A DNA stretch of 36,746 bases from Raillietiella orientalis (taxonomy: Eukaryota), in contig JAYWIR010000187.1 in NCBI GenBank assembly GCA_036172245.1, positions 1 through 36,746 on the forward strand, written 5' to 3'. A model generated the notes under the pieces. It worked only from the letters and a program-made list of their open reading frames with translations. It ran no database searches and was not told where the DNA came from. The position numbers and the translations under genes are program-made. Below are positions 12,174-23,500 of the stretch, in pieces. How positions within the stretch are numbered: the first letter of the stretch is position 1; each line of letters opens with the position of its first letter.

Positions 12174-14911
12174 TTTGCACCCGGATTTTGCCGAAGCGTT
12201 TATTGTAACAATAAACTTTAACAAAGACGTAAAGTGGCTGGATCATTGCTACAGCCACGCACGAAGAAACACAGAGCCTGCCAAATCACCGGTCCGCAGA
12301 CCCAAACGGTCCACAACGGCAGCAGGAGGAAGCTGGAAAAACAAAAACAAAACAAAAAAGAAAAGAAAAGGTGGGGAAGAACGGAAAGGGATAACTGTAG
12401 CTGGTGGGGTCGTTGCATCCTTTGCAGGATGCCGGCTAGCTCCTTGTGTAATGCTGGATCCAGGTGGTGCCATTTCGACGCTCTCCTCAGGAAATGGGAG
12501 GCTGGCAGGATAACACAATAGTCGCGTTGTCCTCCTGTAGCCTTGCTCCAGGCGGCGACGATCCCGCGAAGGCAGTGAAGGGCTGCTAACGAGGCTGATG
12601 GCCGAAGGGCGTAGGCAACGAAGAGGGCTTTCAGAGCGTCCCTGAGGTTGCCCCATGGGATGCCGATGGCCGCGGCAAAGCGGAACCAAAGGGGCCGGAG
12701 GGCAACACAATCCACTAGCAGGTGGGAAGGGACTCCCGTTCCCCACACCTGACGCAATTAAGGTCCACCGCTGCCCAGGTCCAGTATTGTCGGCGGGCGT
12801 TACAAGGACGTCCTCCGTGCTGAGACAAGAGAGCCGACTCCTGTTATTTTAAGAGGAGGGTGGAGGTGTTAATTAGTAACGGAAGCCACTTGAAACGTTC
12901 GATGGGAACGACGAACAGCGCGCCTCAGCGAAGAAGTCCATTGGAAGGCGTACTCGGGGTCGCAGCGTCTGTTAACTGGCCCGTCTTCCACTCTCCTATC
13001 TTCTTCTCCTTCCCGGAGATTGTTACTGTAACCTCCCACTTCGCCGCAACATCGCTGTCCAGATCTTCCATCAGGGAAGGCAGAGAAGCAGCGAAAGGGG
13101 TTCTTCCTGCGCACGCTCTCTTCTTTGGATCCTCCAGGATCTCGCGGAGCGTGCAACTTCTGTAACCCCCAAACAGGAACCTTCGTTCCTGTTATGAGCG
13201 TTGCATGCCGAACTGTCCCCACGTTCGAACTGTTTCCTGCAACCAGGCACTACCGTTTAAAGGGCGAAAGGAGACCAATCCTGGGTTTTTCCGGTAAAGC
13301 GCAGCCAACCTCCGTAGCTGAAGTCCGCATCGGTTGACGCGGCGACGGAGTGCAAGAAACGACGACAGTCCCGTATTGCAGGTGGCTTGCTGGAGAAGGA
13401 GACGTTCAGGGACGCACAAACAGGTGCACCACAACTCTGGAGCGAGTGCCGACAATCGGAACTGGAGCTGAAGCTCCAGCGGCTCCAGCGTCAGGAGGCC
13501 CAGACCACCGTAACGACGAGGAGCGCACAAGTCCTTTAAGCGGAATCGGGCCCTAACGTTGCCTTAAGAAGCGATACGAAGGAGGTACTGTGTCCGCTTT
13601 TAAAATCTCTCTGTGAAAGGGCAAACAAAAAGCGGGGGGCAAAGGAGAGGAGCCGCGAACGTGTTCCAAACCGCGGCCCGTTCAGAAAGGAAAAACCTGT
13701 TGTCTCCGAACGGGCCCATCGCCGTCTCTACTTTTTGGAGGCAGCCGGACCACGCTTTTGCAGGGGAGTAGTCCCCCAACGGCACACCAAAGTACTTAAA
13801 GTACCTCATTGTGGGGATCCCCAAACGGACCCAGTCCTGCTGCCCTGCCCGCGCCGCACTTACTGGCATCACGGACGACTTCGCCCTGTTCAACGTAAGT
13901 CCGCTTCCTCGATGCAGCAGGTCGAAGAAACCTCGACCACCGAAGCCAAGGTGGAAATAGGAAGCAGCAGCAGAAGGTCGTCCGCGTACGCTGTAACGGC
14001 CAGCGTACCGGCACAGTCGTGAGGCAGGTGCGCCAGAGTTCCCCTGTACGCTCTCAGTACCAACTCAAAGTAGGTGCTGAAGAGGAAGGGGCTCAGGCTG
14101 TCTCCCTGAGGGATCCCACGCCGCACGGGTACGCTGTGCACGGTCTGTTCGCTGAAAAAAACGTTGATAAGCGCGCCGCGTCAGCTGGAGCGCAGATAGG
14201 CCACTGATGAGGCCGGGAAGCCCAAGCGTTCCAAAAGCTCCAGCAGGAGATTCTGGTCGACGCTGTCGAATGCTTTACGCAAGTTGACAGCGACCGCAAG
14301 TGCTCCCTCCTCCATCCGACCATCCGTCGCATGACTGACGGACTCACCGGAATTCCCGGTGCGCATCAAGCTCCTTTATTGTTAAAGCTCTAGCCAGGTA
14401 GAAGCGTGGAAGAGTTTCGCCTCCATGCTTTGCCAGGAAACAGCATATGTCTGTTCCGGGCTGATGAAGATGTTGCCAACCCGTCCCAGACGCTTTGTCC
14501 AAACCTTAGCCAGCAACTGGACGTCCGATTCACTATTGTGATAAGACACCAGTAGTTCATGCTCCTCAGATCTCCTCCCTTAGGGAGGGGCCGCACCTTT
14601 GCCGAACGTAACAAGGCGGGAACGTCACCTGTCTCGCGCATCAGCAAGAGGAGTTGCTGTACCAGGGGGGTAAGCTCAGCCGCGAAAGTTCGGCAAAACT
14701 CCGCGGGCAGACCGTCCTCCCCTGGAGCCTTGCGCCTCTTGAGATTTTCGATGGCCGAGAGGATCTCGTCCATCGTGAAAGGCTCGTCGAAGGTCTTTCT
14801 TTCCTCCTCCCCGATAGCAGGAGCTCCTTCCGGAAGCAGGAGTCGAGAGACGTTCCTCTTTGGAGGTGCCCTGGCATACAGAAAGGAAGAGTATCTCCGC
14901 AGCAGGCCGCC

Positions 14912-15015
14912 GATTTGGGCGGGTGAAGAGTGCTTGTGGCCCTGATCGTCCAGCAAGCTGGCGGATATGGGTGCGTGAAGAGTGCTCCTGGCCCTGATTG
15001 TCCAGCAAGCTGGCC
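14912..15015. repeat. 52-bp imperfect tandem duplication within piece F
   Basis: 14912-14963 and 14964-15015 both read GATWTGGGYGSGTGAAGAGTGCT..TGGCCCTGATYGTCCAGCAAGCTGGC. The short repeat CCGATTTGG brackets the duplication. Confidence 0.85.
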
Positions 15016-15555
15016 GATTTGGAATGCCAGGCTTGCCTCTCGGCTCCCGCTTTGTATTCCGCCAGCCTGCGGATTTCGGGATGCGTTGCGGAACGACGGG
15101 CCTGCAGATTAGCTCGTTCGTTACGCACCCGGTCCCAAAATCCGTAGGTAGGTGGTGCAGAGAAAACTGGTCGCAGAACTCCTGGACCGACCGCTTCAAG
15201 CGGTCCCAATCCTGGAGTGTCCACAGCCTGAAGCTCCGTATGAACGTGCGGAGATGTTCCGCCGCGTTCGGGAGCTTCAGCTAGTCCCCTGGCAAACGCC
15301 ACGCTGAAGATGGGGGGCCCCTGTCGCGCGGATAGATTTCAATCACGATTGGTCGATGGTCGGACAACTCGCACAGCAACTTGCAGCGCCTGCCCACACG
15401 AGTTCACAGGTGCTCGTCAAGCAACAAGTGATCGATGTTGTCCTCCATCCCTGGTACACTGGCCAACAAATTACATGTGTGCACCGCCATGCACACCTCG
15501 TTGACCATCTCACGCTCGCGATTCTGCCCATCTGGTTTTAGGCGAACGTTGAAAT

Positions 15556-15761
15556 TTTCCACTTGGACATGCAGGGACGTTTTTTGACATAAACAAGCTG
15601 GAGAAAATTGTTCTCAGCTCTCGACTCTGAAAACATGCAGCGGAGATTCAATCTTGGCACGCAGGCCAGAAAAACGGAAGAACATGGACGACTGAGGGGA
15701 GTCCAAAAAAAAAAACAAAAAAAAAAAAAATTATGAATGGGAGGAGTGAGCCAGGGTTGAA
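15556..15761 (-). mobile_element. Piece G: 206-bp 3'-UTR-only insertion in the APE of piece F, with a 13-bp TSD
   Basis: Flanked by CGAACGTTGAAAT (15543-15555) and CGAACTTTGAAAT (15762-15774), with one mismatch. It has a T-tract and a degenerate terminus (AAAAAACGTCCCTGCATGTCCAAGT). Removing it restores GDF(N/K)VRL. Confidence 0.8.
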
Positions 15762-15891
15762 CGAACTTTGAAATCGCCTGCAACTAGATGGGCATTCCGC
15801 ACGCCTACTTCGGTCAGCCATTAGCGCCGGAGGGCAAGGAAAATCAGTTTCCTCGCCCTCCTGTTCATCAGGTCCGCGCCGGTCGTTCACA

Positions 15892-15928
15892 CCCGGATGT
15901 GCCGGGGCATTTATTTCTTAGAAATAAA
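15892..15928 (-). terminator. Element 3' terminus: TTTATT/AATAAA hairpin followed by a CCCGG-N5-CCGGG hairpin (representative copy)
   Basis: Equivalent motifs occur at 8729-8762, 12180-12216, 20269-20304, 27732-27764, 30572-30601 and 35783-35819. Terminator function is inferred. Confidence 0.7.
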
Positions 15929-16141
15929 ATAACAGAAAAAATGTCGCGTGGCGAACCCAAAGGTTCACCACTCCAAAACAGCTTGCTGGTTACCGGCTCC
16001 GTGCCGTAGAGGTCCTTCCGATGCGCGGGGATGGGAAATAAAGAAAAACAAAAAGAAACAAAAAGTTCAAATGTGGGGGGGACCAAATGTTGTAGGGGTG
16101 GGAGGGCGGGGAAGGGATCACGGTGCGCGTGGAGAGGTCCT

Positions 16142-19100
16142 CTAGATCCTATTCAGGATCCGCACAAGCTGAGTCCTTTCAGCGCCCAAGTGGCGCCACT
16201 TGCAGACACTTCGCGCGAAAACGCGAGTCCAGTGTAAGGCGTTGCCGGTTGGCTGACGCCTTCTTCTGATGGCGTTCCAAGCCGCCACTATTCCTCTGAT
16301 GCAGCAGAGGACTGCTACACTAGCGGGCGGGGACAAGGCGTCACTACAGAAGAGGCGCCTGAAAACGTCCTTTGGGCCGAATCCGCGCAAGTCCAGGATC
16401 GCCGCGAGACGATCCCATAAAGGGCGGATGGCACTGCACTCGATGAGAAGGTGGGGGAAGGTCTCTTTTTCCCCGCACCGGTCACAATAAGGATCCACAG
16501 CCCCCCGGGTTGTGTGATGAAGGCGTGCTTTGAATGGAAGTCCCCAGAAAACCACAAGCAACGCCACATCCTGCCATTTCAGGGGGAGGGATGCACTGTT
16601 CCAGGACGCTGGGGGCCACTTCATCTCCTCCGGAGATAGTCCGAGTAGCTCGCCCCAGCGTCGAATTCCGTTGGGCGGGACACTCGGCGTCGCAGCGTCA
16701 GCTGGCTGCCGAGATGTCCACGCCTTTATCGATTGTGTCCTGCCGCCTATAGTGCAGGACACGGTCCATTTCCCCTGCTCGCTACTGTCCCTGGCATTCA
16801 CAAGGAAGGGCAGCACTGGGGCGAGGGGGGTTATCAAGGCCCACAGAAGCTTGTCGTGGGACTGCACGATCTCCTGCAGCGTCCAGCGGGCGTGCCTTTT
16901 CAGGCAAGTGTTTTTTGTGCCCGCCGGAACGTGAAGCTTTTCCCAAGTGGAGACTGTCTCGTGCAACCAGGCGGAGTAGTTCCCTGGGAGGCAGGAGATC
17001 CAGGCGTTCTCCCGAACCGCAACAAAGATGCGTCGCAGCATAGAGCCACAGTATGGTCTTCTGCAGACGCGCGCAGACAGAAACGACAAAAGTCCGCCGA
17101 TTCCGCAGGCTCGTTGGGCCAGGAGGCGTACTGGAACGCACTAAGGCGTGTCCCACAATTCCGCCGCAAGGGCGAGAGTCCTAAACTGAAATTGTACTTC
17201 CATGCGCTCCAGCGTAAGTAAGCCAAGTCCACCGTCCTTACGTGGAGCGCACAAGTCTTTGAGCCTCACACGGGACCTCCCTTTGCCCCAAAGGACTGTC
17301 CTCAGGAGGCCCGCTGCTCGTTTTCGAATAAAATAAGGGGCGGGGCAAACAAAAAGTAGGGGGCGAAGGAGGGGAGCCGCAAACGCGTTCCACACCGCGG
17401 CCCGTTCCTGCAAGTAGAACATGCCTTCTTGGAACGGACCGATCGCCAACGCTGTTTTTTGGAGACGGTGGGACCAGGCTTCTGCTGCGCAGAAGTCCCC
17501 CAACGGTACGCCGAGGTACTTGAAGCACCTGCTTGTGGAAATCCTCAGGCGGATCCAGTCCGACCGTCCAGCCCACGCCGAACCGACGAAGACCATGGAC
17601 GACTTTGCCCTGTTCACCTCCAATCCCGTTCCGCGGCGCAGCAACTCGAAGAAGTCCTCGCGTGCACTCGCCGGGGTGGACCCGGGAAGCAGCAGCAGAA
17701 GATCGTCTGCATAGGCCGACACGGCAGGCGTGCCGGCACACGAGCTCGGCAGGGTTGCCAGAGTTACCCTGTATGCCCTCAGCACCAACTCGAAGTAGAT
17801 GCTGAAGAGCAAGAGGCTCAGGCTGTCACCCTGCCGGATGCCGCGGCGTACGGGCACGCCGTACACGTGCCGGCCGCTGAAACCGATATTGATTGACGCG
17901 TTGCGCCAGCAGGAGCGCAGGTAAGATTGAAGCACGGCAGGGAAACCCATGCGTTCCAGGAGCTCCAGAAGGAGATCCTGGTCGACGCAGTCGAATGCTT
18001 TGTGCAAATCGACCGCGACGGCAAAGGCTCCCGCCGAGTCCATCCCACCCTCTGCCCGATCTTCTTGGTCAGAGGGGGCGCGAGGCTCCCTTGACCGTCC
18101 TGTGCAACGCGTTGTCGCAACTGCCACCATGAGCTGGCGAGGAGCAGGTTGGCCTCCATGGTTCGTCCGGGAACAGCATAGGTCTGCTCGGGACTCACCA
18201 CGGAAGCGGCCACCCGCCCCAAACGCTCAGCCCACAACTTGGCATACAACTTTGCGTCCGCATTCACTACTGTGATGGGACGCCAGTTGCCAATGTTGCG
18301 TAAGTCTCCTGACTTCGGCAGGAGACGTACTTTAGCTGACCGGAACGAGGCGGTAACTTCGCCGTGTTCGCGGATCAGCGCACTTAACCTGAGCACCAGG
18401 GGGGCCAGCTCTGGCGCGAAGCGATGGTAAAACTCCGCGGGCAGGCCGTCCTCCCCTGGTGCCTTCCTTCTCTTGAGCCTGTTGATGGCGGAGATGATCT
18501 CCGCCATCGTGAACGGTTCCGCCAATCTGGAACGGTCCTCCTCCTTGAGCGCGGGAGTGCCATCCGGCAGCAGGCGCTGCGCAAAATGGCGCTCAGGTGT
18601 TAGTGGCGCGTACAAGGAGGAATAAAACTCCCGCACGATGCGGCTTACCTGGGCTGGGCTGGAGCGTTCTTGGCCCTGATGATCCAGCAGGCAGGCCGAG
18701 CCTGACTGCCAGGCCTGCCTCTCCGCCTCAGCCTTGAATTCAGCCAGGCGACGGACGTCGGGACGCCGGGAATAACGGCGCGCCTGGAGGTACGCCCGCT
18801 CGTTCCTGACACCCTCACCGAAGCCCGGCGGAAGACGTTCCAGCGGAAACTGGTCGCAAAACTCACGGACTGAGCACTTCATTTCGTCCCAGTCCGCGAG
18901 CGTCTGAAGCTGGAATCCTCGCAGGAAACAGCGTAGATGTTCCGCCGCTCCTGCGAGGCGCAACCAATCCCCTGGCAGGCGCCATGTTTTCAGGGGAGGG
19001 CCCTTATTGCGCGGATGTAACTCGAGCACGAGCCGTGGATGGTCGGACAGCTCTGCCGGGAGCGTTCCACGAGTTCCCACCCGCGTGCACAGGTGGTTGT

Positions 19101-19710
19101 CGAGGAACATGTGGTCGATGTTCCGATCTCTCCCGGCATCGCCGGCCAACAAGTTGCGCGCATGCACGGCTGCGCACATCTCGTTGACCAGCTGTGCTCG
19201 TCCGCTGGGCGCACCTGCCAGCAGGCGGAGATTGAAATCGCCCGCAATGAGGTGCGCCCTTCGCACGCCTGCTTCGGCCAACCAGTCTCGCCGCAAGGTT
19301 TCGAAGAACGCAGTGCGTTCCTCGGCCCTGTGGCTGCTCACCGGAGCGTTCAGGTTCGTGACCACGAGGTCGATCGAGTCGGACCACTTGAACACAAGCT
19401 GCCCAACTCGACCATCCCCGTCGAACCGTGCACTGCGCAGTGAGTTGTCGACGGTTGGCTTTAGCAGAAAGGCCACTCCGCAGGAGTTGTCCGTTCCGTT
19501 CCTCCACAGTAGCCGCCCTCCCGCGATTCTTTCGATTTCCTGGACATCTCCCGGTCGGAGAACGTGCGTCTCTTGCAGGAGCACCAGGTCGAAATCTCGC
19601 AGTATGGCGGCTACATCTCGCCTCTTTCCGTCGTCGCGCAACCCGTTGACATTCCAACAGGTGATGCGCAAGCGGCGGCAGAAGGCGAGCCCACGCACTG
19701 ATGCGTTTAT
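16142..19710 (-). pseudogene. ORF2 (APE-RT-CCHC) of element H, with two frameshifts
   Basis: ORFs 17818-19698, 17141-18130 and 16142-17089 tile the protein. Motifs: WNVNG, GDFN, SDH, KAFD, QGDSLS, YADD, CDRCGEKETFPHLLIEC. Confidence 0.92.
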
Positions 19711-20262
19711 TGTGGGGTGGAGGCGGCCTCCTCCCGTGCGGGAGGCGGCTTGTTGGCGGCCGTGACGACGGTCGGCTGCTCACACGGGAGCACGTCGTCC
19801 ACAGCGACTTCCATGGGGCTGGCTTCCGAGACACGGATCGGAGAAGGCTCGCGTGACGCGACGCACATTGCCTCCTCCTCCGTGCCCGAGGACATGGCCT
19901 CCTCCACCTGCGGAGGGGCGACCCGTCTCGGGCAACCGGTCTTCTTGCCAGCCTTCCTCTTCGGCACGGCTGCGGAAGTAGAACAACCGGCTTCGGTTTC
20001 GGACTCGGAATTTTCCGGGCCCTTCACCGTTGCCGGTCGTCTCAAGGCCTTCTTCTCGGCCTTGGCAGGCTGCTGTAACATGGCTGCCAGCTCTTCCGCG
20101 GCCTGCGCGAAGGTCGCGTCCGTTATGCGCGCCGCCTCCTCGCTTTCCGCACCGACGCTTTGCGCAGGCGCGACAGGGGCGGCTTCATCGATCGGCGCGC
20201 AGACGTCCTTCGCTGGCAATGCCGGAACGGCATTGTCGTCAGCTGATGGTGACGTCACTGCG
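19707..20262 (-). pseudogene. C-terminal part of ORF1 of element H
   Basis: After removing I and one TSD copy, it continues in frame from the N-terminal part (..PEPVVPAVT|SPSADDN..). It contains FAQAAEELAA, as the other ORF1s do. Confidence 0.9.
20253..20262. repeat. Left target-site duplication of element I (CGTCACTGCG)
   Basis: The identical 10-mer lies at 25907-25916. This copy directly abuts T5, the element's A5 tail. Confidence 0.95.
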
Positions 20263-20510
20263 TTTTTACCCGGATATGCCGGGGCATTTATTTAAAAAAA
20301 TAAAAATACATGTAATTTTCGGGTGAAGAACCTGATGGTTCAGCACAAAGCAGCTTGCTTCTTGCCGGTTCTAAACCGGCGAGGTCCTTCCAACGCGCGG
20401 GAACGGGAAGAAAAAAACAAAACAAAGAAAAAAATGTAAAAGTTGGAGGGAGTACTTATGTTTGGGAAGGGAGGGCGGGAAGGGAATCACATTGCACGCT
20501 TAAAGGTCCT

Positions 20511-23500
20511 CTAGATCCTGTTCAGGATCTTCACAAGCTGCGTCCGTTGTGCACCCAGGTGTCTCCACCTGCAAATGTTTCTCACAAAAAGGCGAGTCCA
20601 GTGTACAGCATTGCCGCAAGGTTGGCGCCTTCTTCTTGTCGCGTTCCAAGCCGACACGATCCCTCTAATGCAGCAAAGAACTGCCACAGAAGCGGGAGGG
20701 GACAAGGCATCACGCAAGAAGAGTCGCCTAAAAACATCTTTAGGGCCGCCTCCGCGAATGTCCAGGATTGCTGCAAGACGATCCCAGAGAGGGCGGAGAG
20801 CAATGCACTCAATAAGGAGGTGAAGGAATGTCTCTTTTTCCCCGCACCGGTCGCACTGGGAATCCACAGCCCCCCGAGTGGAGTGAGAGAGGCGTGCCTT
20901 GAAGGGTAAACCCCAATGTATCACGAGCAGCGCCACCTCCTGCCATTTCAGGGGGAGAGAGTCACTATTCCAAGACGCTGGGGGCCACTTCATCTACTCC
21001 GGAGATAGTCCGAGTAGCTCTCCCCAGCGTCGGATTCCGTTGGGCGGGACACTCGGCGTCGCAGCGTCCGCTAGCTGCCGAGATGTCCACGCCTTAATCT
21101 TTTGTGTCCTACTTTTGATGGTGCAGGATACGGTCCATTTCCCCTGCTCCCTGTTGTCTCTAGCGTTTTGTAGGAAGGGCAGCACAGGAGCAAGCGGGGT
21201 TATCAGGGCCCACAGAAGCTGATCGTGGGACTGCACGATCTCCTGTAGCGTCCAGCGGGCGTGCCTTTTCAGGCAAGTGTTTTTTGTGCCCGCCGGAACG
21301 TGAAGCTTTTCCCAAGTGGAGACTGTCTCGTGCAACCATGCCGAGTAGTTCCCTGAGACGCAGGAGATCCAGGTGTTCTTCCGAACCACAACGGCCATGC
21401 GCCGCAGATGAAAGCCGAAGTGTGCTTGTCTGCGGTCGCGCGCCCAGAGAAACGAAGAAAGTCCGCTATATCCTGAGGCTCGCTGGGCCAGAAGTCGTGC
21501 TGGACCGCACCAAGGCGTGTCCCACAATTCCGCCGCAAGGGCGAGAGTCCTAAACTGAAATTGTACTTCCATGCGCTCCAGCGTAAGTAGGCCAAGTCCA
21601 CCGTCTTTACGTGGAGCGCACAAGTCTTTAAGACGCACACGGGACCTCCCTTTGCCCCAAAGGACTGTCCGTAGGAGGCCCGCTGCTCTTTTCCTGACGA
21701 AATAAGAAGCGGGGCACACAAAAAGTAAAGGGCGTAGAAGGGGGGCCGCAAACGCGTTCCACACTGCGGCCCGTTCCTGCAAGTAAAACTTGCCTTCGTG
21801 AAACGCACCGATCGCCAACGATGCCTTTTGTAGACGGTCGGACCAGGCTTCTGTCACGCAGAATTCCCCCACCGGAACACCAAGGTACTTAAAGCACCTG
21901 CCCGTGGGGATCCCCAAGCGGATCCAGTCCGACCGTCCAGCCCACGCCGAGCCGGTACAAGTTATGGACGACTTCGCCCTGTTCACCTCCAGGCCCGTCC
22001 CGCGGCGCAGCAACTCGAAGAAGTCCTCGAGTGCACTCGCCGGGGTGGACCCGGGAAGCAGCAGCAGAAGATCGTCTGCATAGGCCGACACAGCAGGCGT
22101 GCCGGGACACGAGCTTGGCAGGGTTGCCAGAGTTACCCTGTATGCCCTCAGCACCAACTCAATGTAGATGCTGAAGAGCAAGGGGCTCAGGCTGTCACCC
22201 TGCCGGATGCCGCGGCGCACTGGCACGCCATACACGTGCCGGCCGCTGAAAACAATGTTAATCAACGCGTTGCGCCAGCAGGAGCGCAGGTAGGACTGGA
22301 GCACGGACGGGAATCCCATTCGTTCCAGGAGCTCCAGAAGGAGATCCTGGTCGACGCAGTCGAATGCTTTGCGCAAGTCGACAGCGACGGCGAAGGCTCC
22401 CGCCGATTCCGCCCCACCCTCTACCGGGTCTCTCTGGTCATAGGGGTTCTCGAGGCTCCCTTGACCGTCCTGTGCAAAGCGCTGTTGCAACTGCCACCAT
22501 GTGCTGGCGAGGAGCAGGTTGGCTTCCATGGTTCGCCCGGGAACAGCCTATGTTTGCTCCGGGCTGATCACGGAATCCGCCACCGGTCCTAAACGCTCAG
22601 CCCACAATTTGGCATACAACTTTGCGTCCGCATTTACCACTGTGATGGGACGCCAGTTGCTAATGTTGCGTAGGTCTCCTGACTTCGGCAGGAGACGTAC
22701 TTTTGCTGATCGGAACGAGGCGGGAACTTCGCCGTGTTCGCGGATCAGCGTACTTAGCTTGAGCACCAGGGGAGCCAGCTCTGTCGCGAAGTGTTTGTAA
22801 AACTCCGCGGGCAGGATGTCCTCCCCTGGTGCCTTTCTTGTCTTTAATTTACTGATGGCGGAGACAATCTCTGCCACCGTAAATGGTTCCGACAACCTGG
22901 AACAAACTTCCTCCCCGATCGTGGGAGCCCCATCCGGCAGCAACTGCTGCGCGAATTGGCACTCGGGTGTTAATGGCGCGTATAAGGAGGAATAAAACTC
23001 CCGCACGATGCGGCTTACCTGAGCTGGGCTGGAGCGTTCTTGGCCCTGATGGTCCAGCAAGCAGGCCGAGCCTGACTGCCAGGCCTGCCTCTCCGCCTCA
23101 GCTTTGAATTCCGCCAGGCGACGAACGTCGGGTCGTCTGGAATACCGGCGGGCCTGAAGGTAGGCTCGCTCGTTCCTGACACCTTCTCCGAAGCCCGGAG
23201 GAAGACGCTCCAGGGGAAACTGTTCGCAAAACTCGCGGACTGAGTACTTCATTTCGTCCCAGTCCGCGAGCGTCTGAAGATGTAATTCTCGCAGGAAGGC
23301 GCGCAGATGTTCCGCCGCTCCTGCGAGGCGCAACCAGTCCCCTGGCAGGCGCCACGTTTTCAGGGGAGGACCCTTGTTGCGCGGATGTAGGTCGAGCACG
23401 AGCCGTGGATGGTCGGACAGCTCTGCCGGGAGCGTTCCACGAGTTCCCACCCGCGTGCACAGGTGGTTGTCGAGGAACATGTGATCGATGTTCCGATCTC

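Larger units (their letters stand above)
12174..15890 (-). mobile_element. Piece F: degraded element from mid-APE to the 3' end
   Basis: Minus-strand ORF fragments contain HLVAGDF, KAPGEDGLPAEF, VNLRKAFDSVD, QGDSLSP, AYADD and HLLVDC. The structured 3' UTR lies at 12177-12380. Confidence 0.9.

Noticed and set aside
15840..15885. Hammerhead-like CTGATGA..GAAAC on the minus strand next to the 3' end of H
   Set aside because: No convincing stems I-III could be formed. The segment reads as degraded APE coding sequence of piece F (GPDEQEGEETDF..LRR*WL..HLVAGDF).
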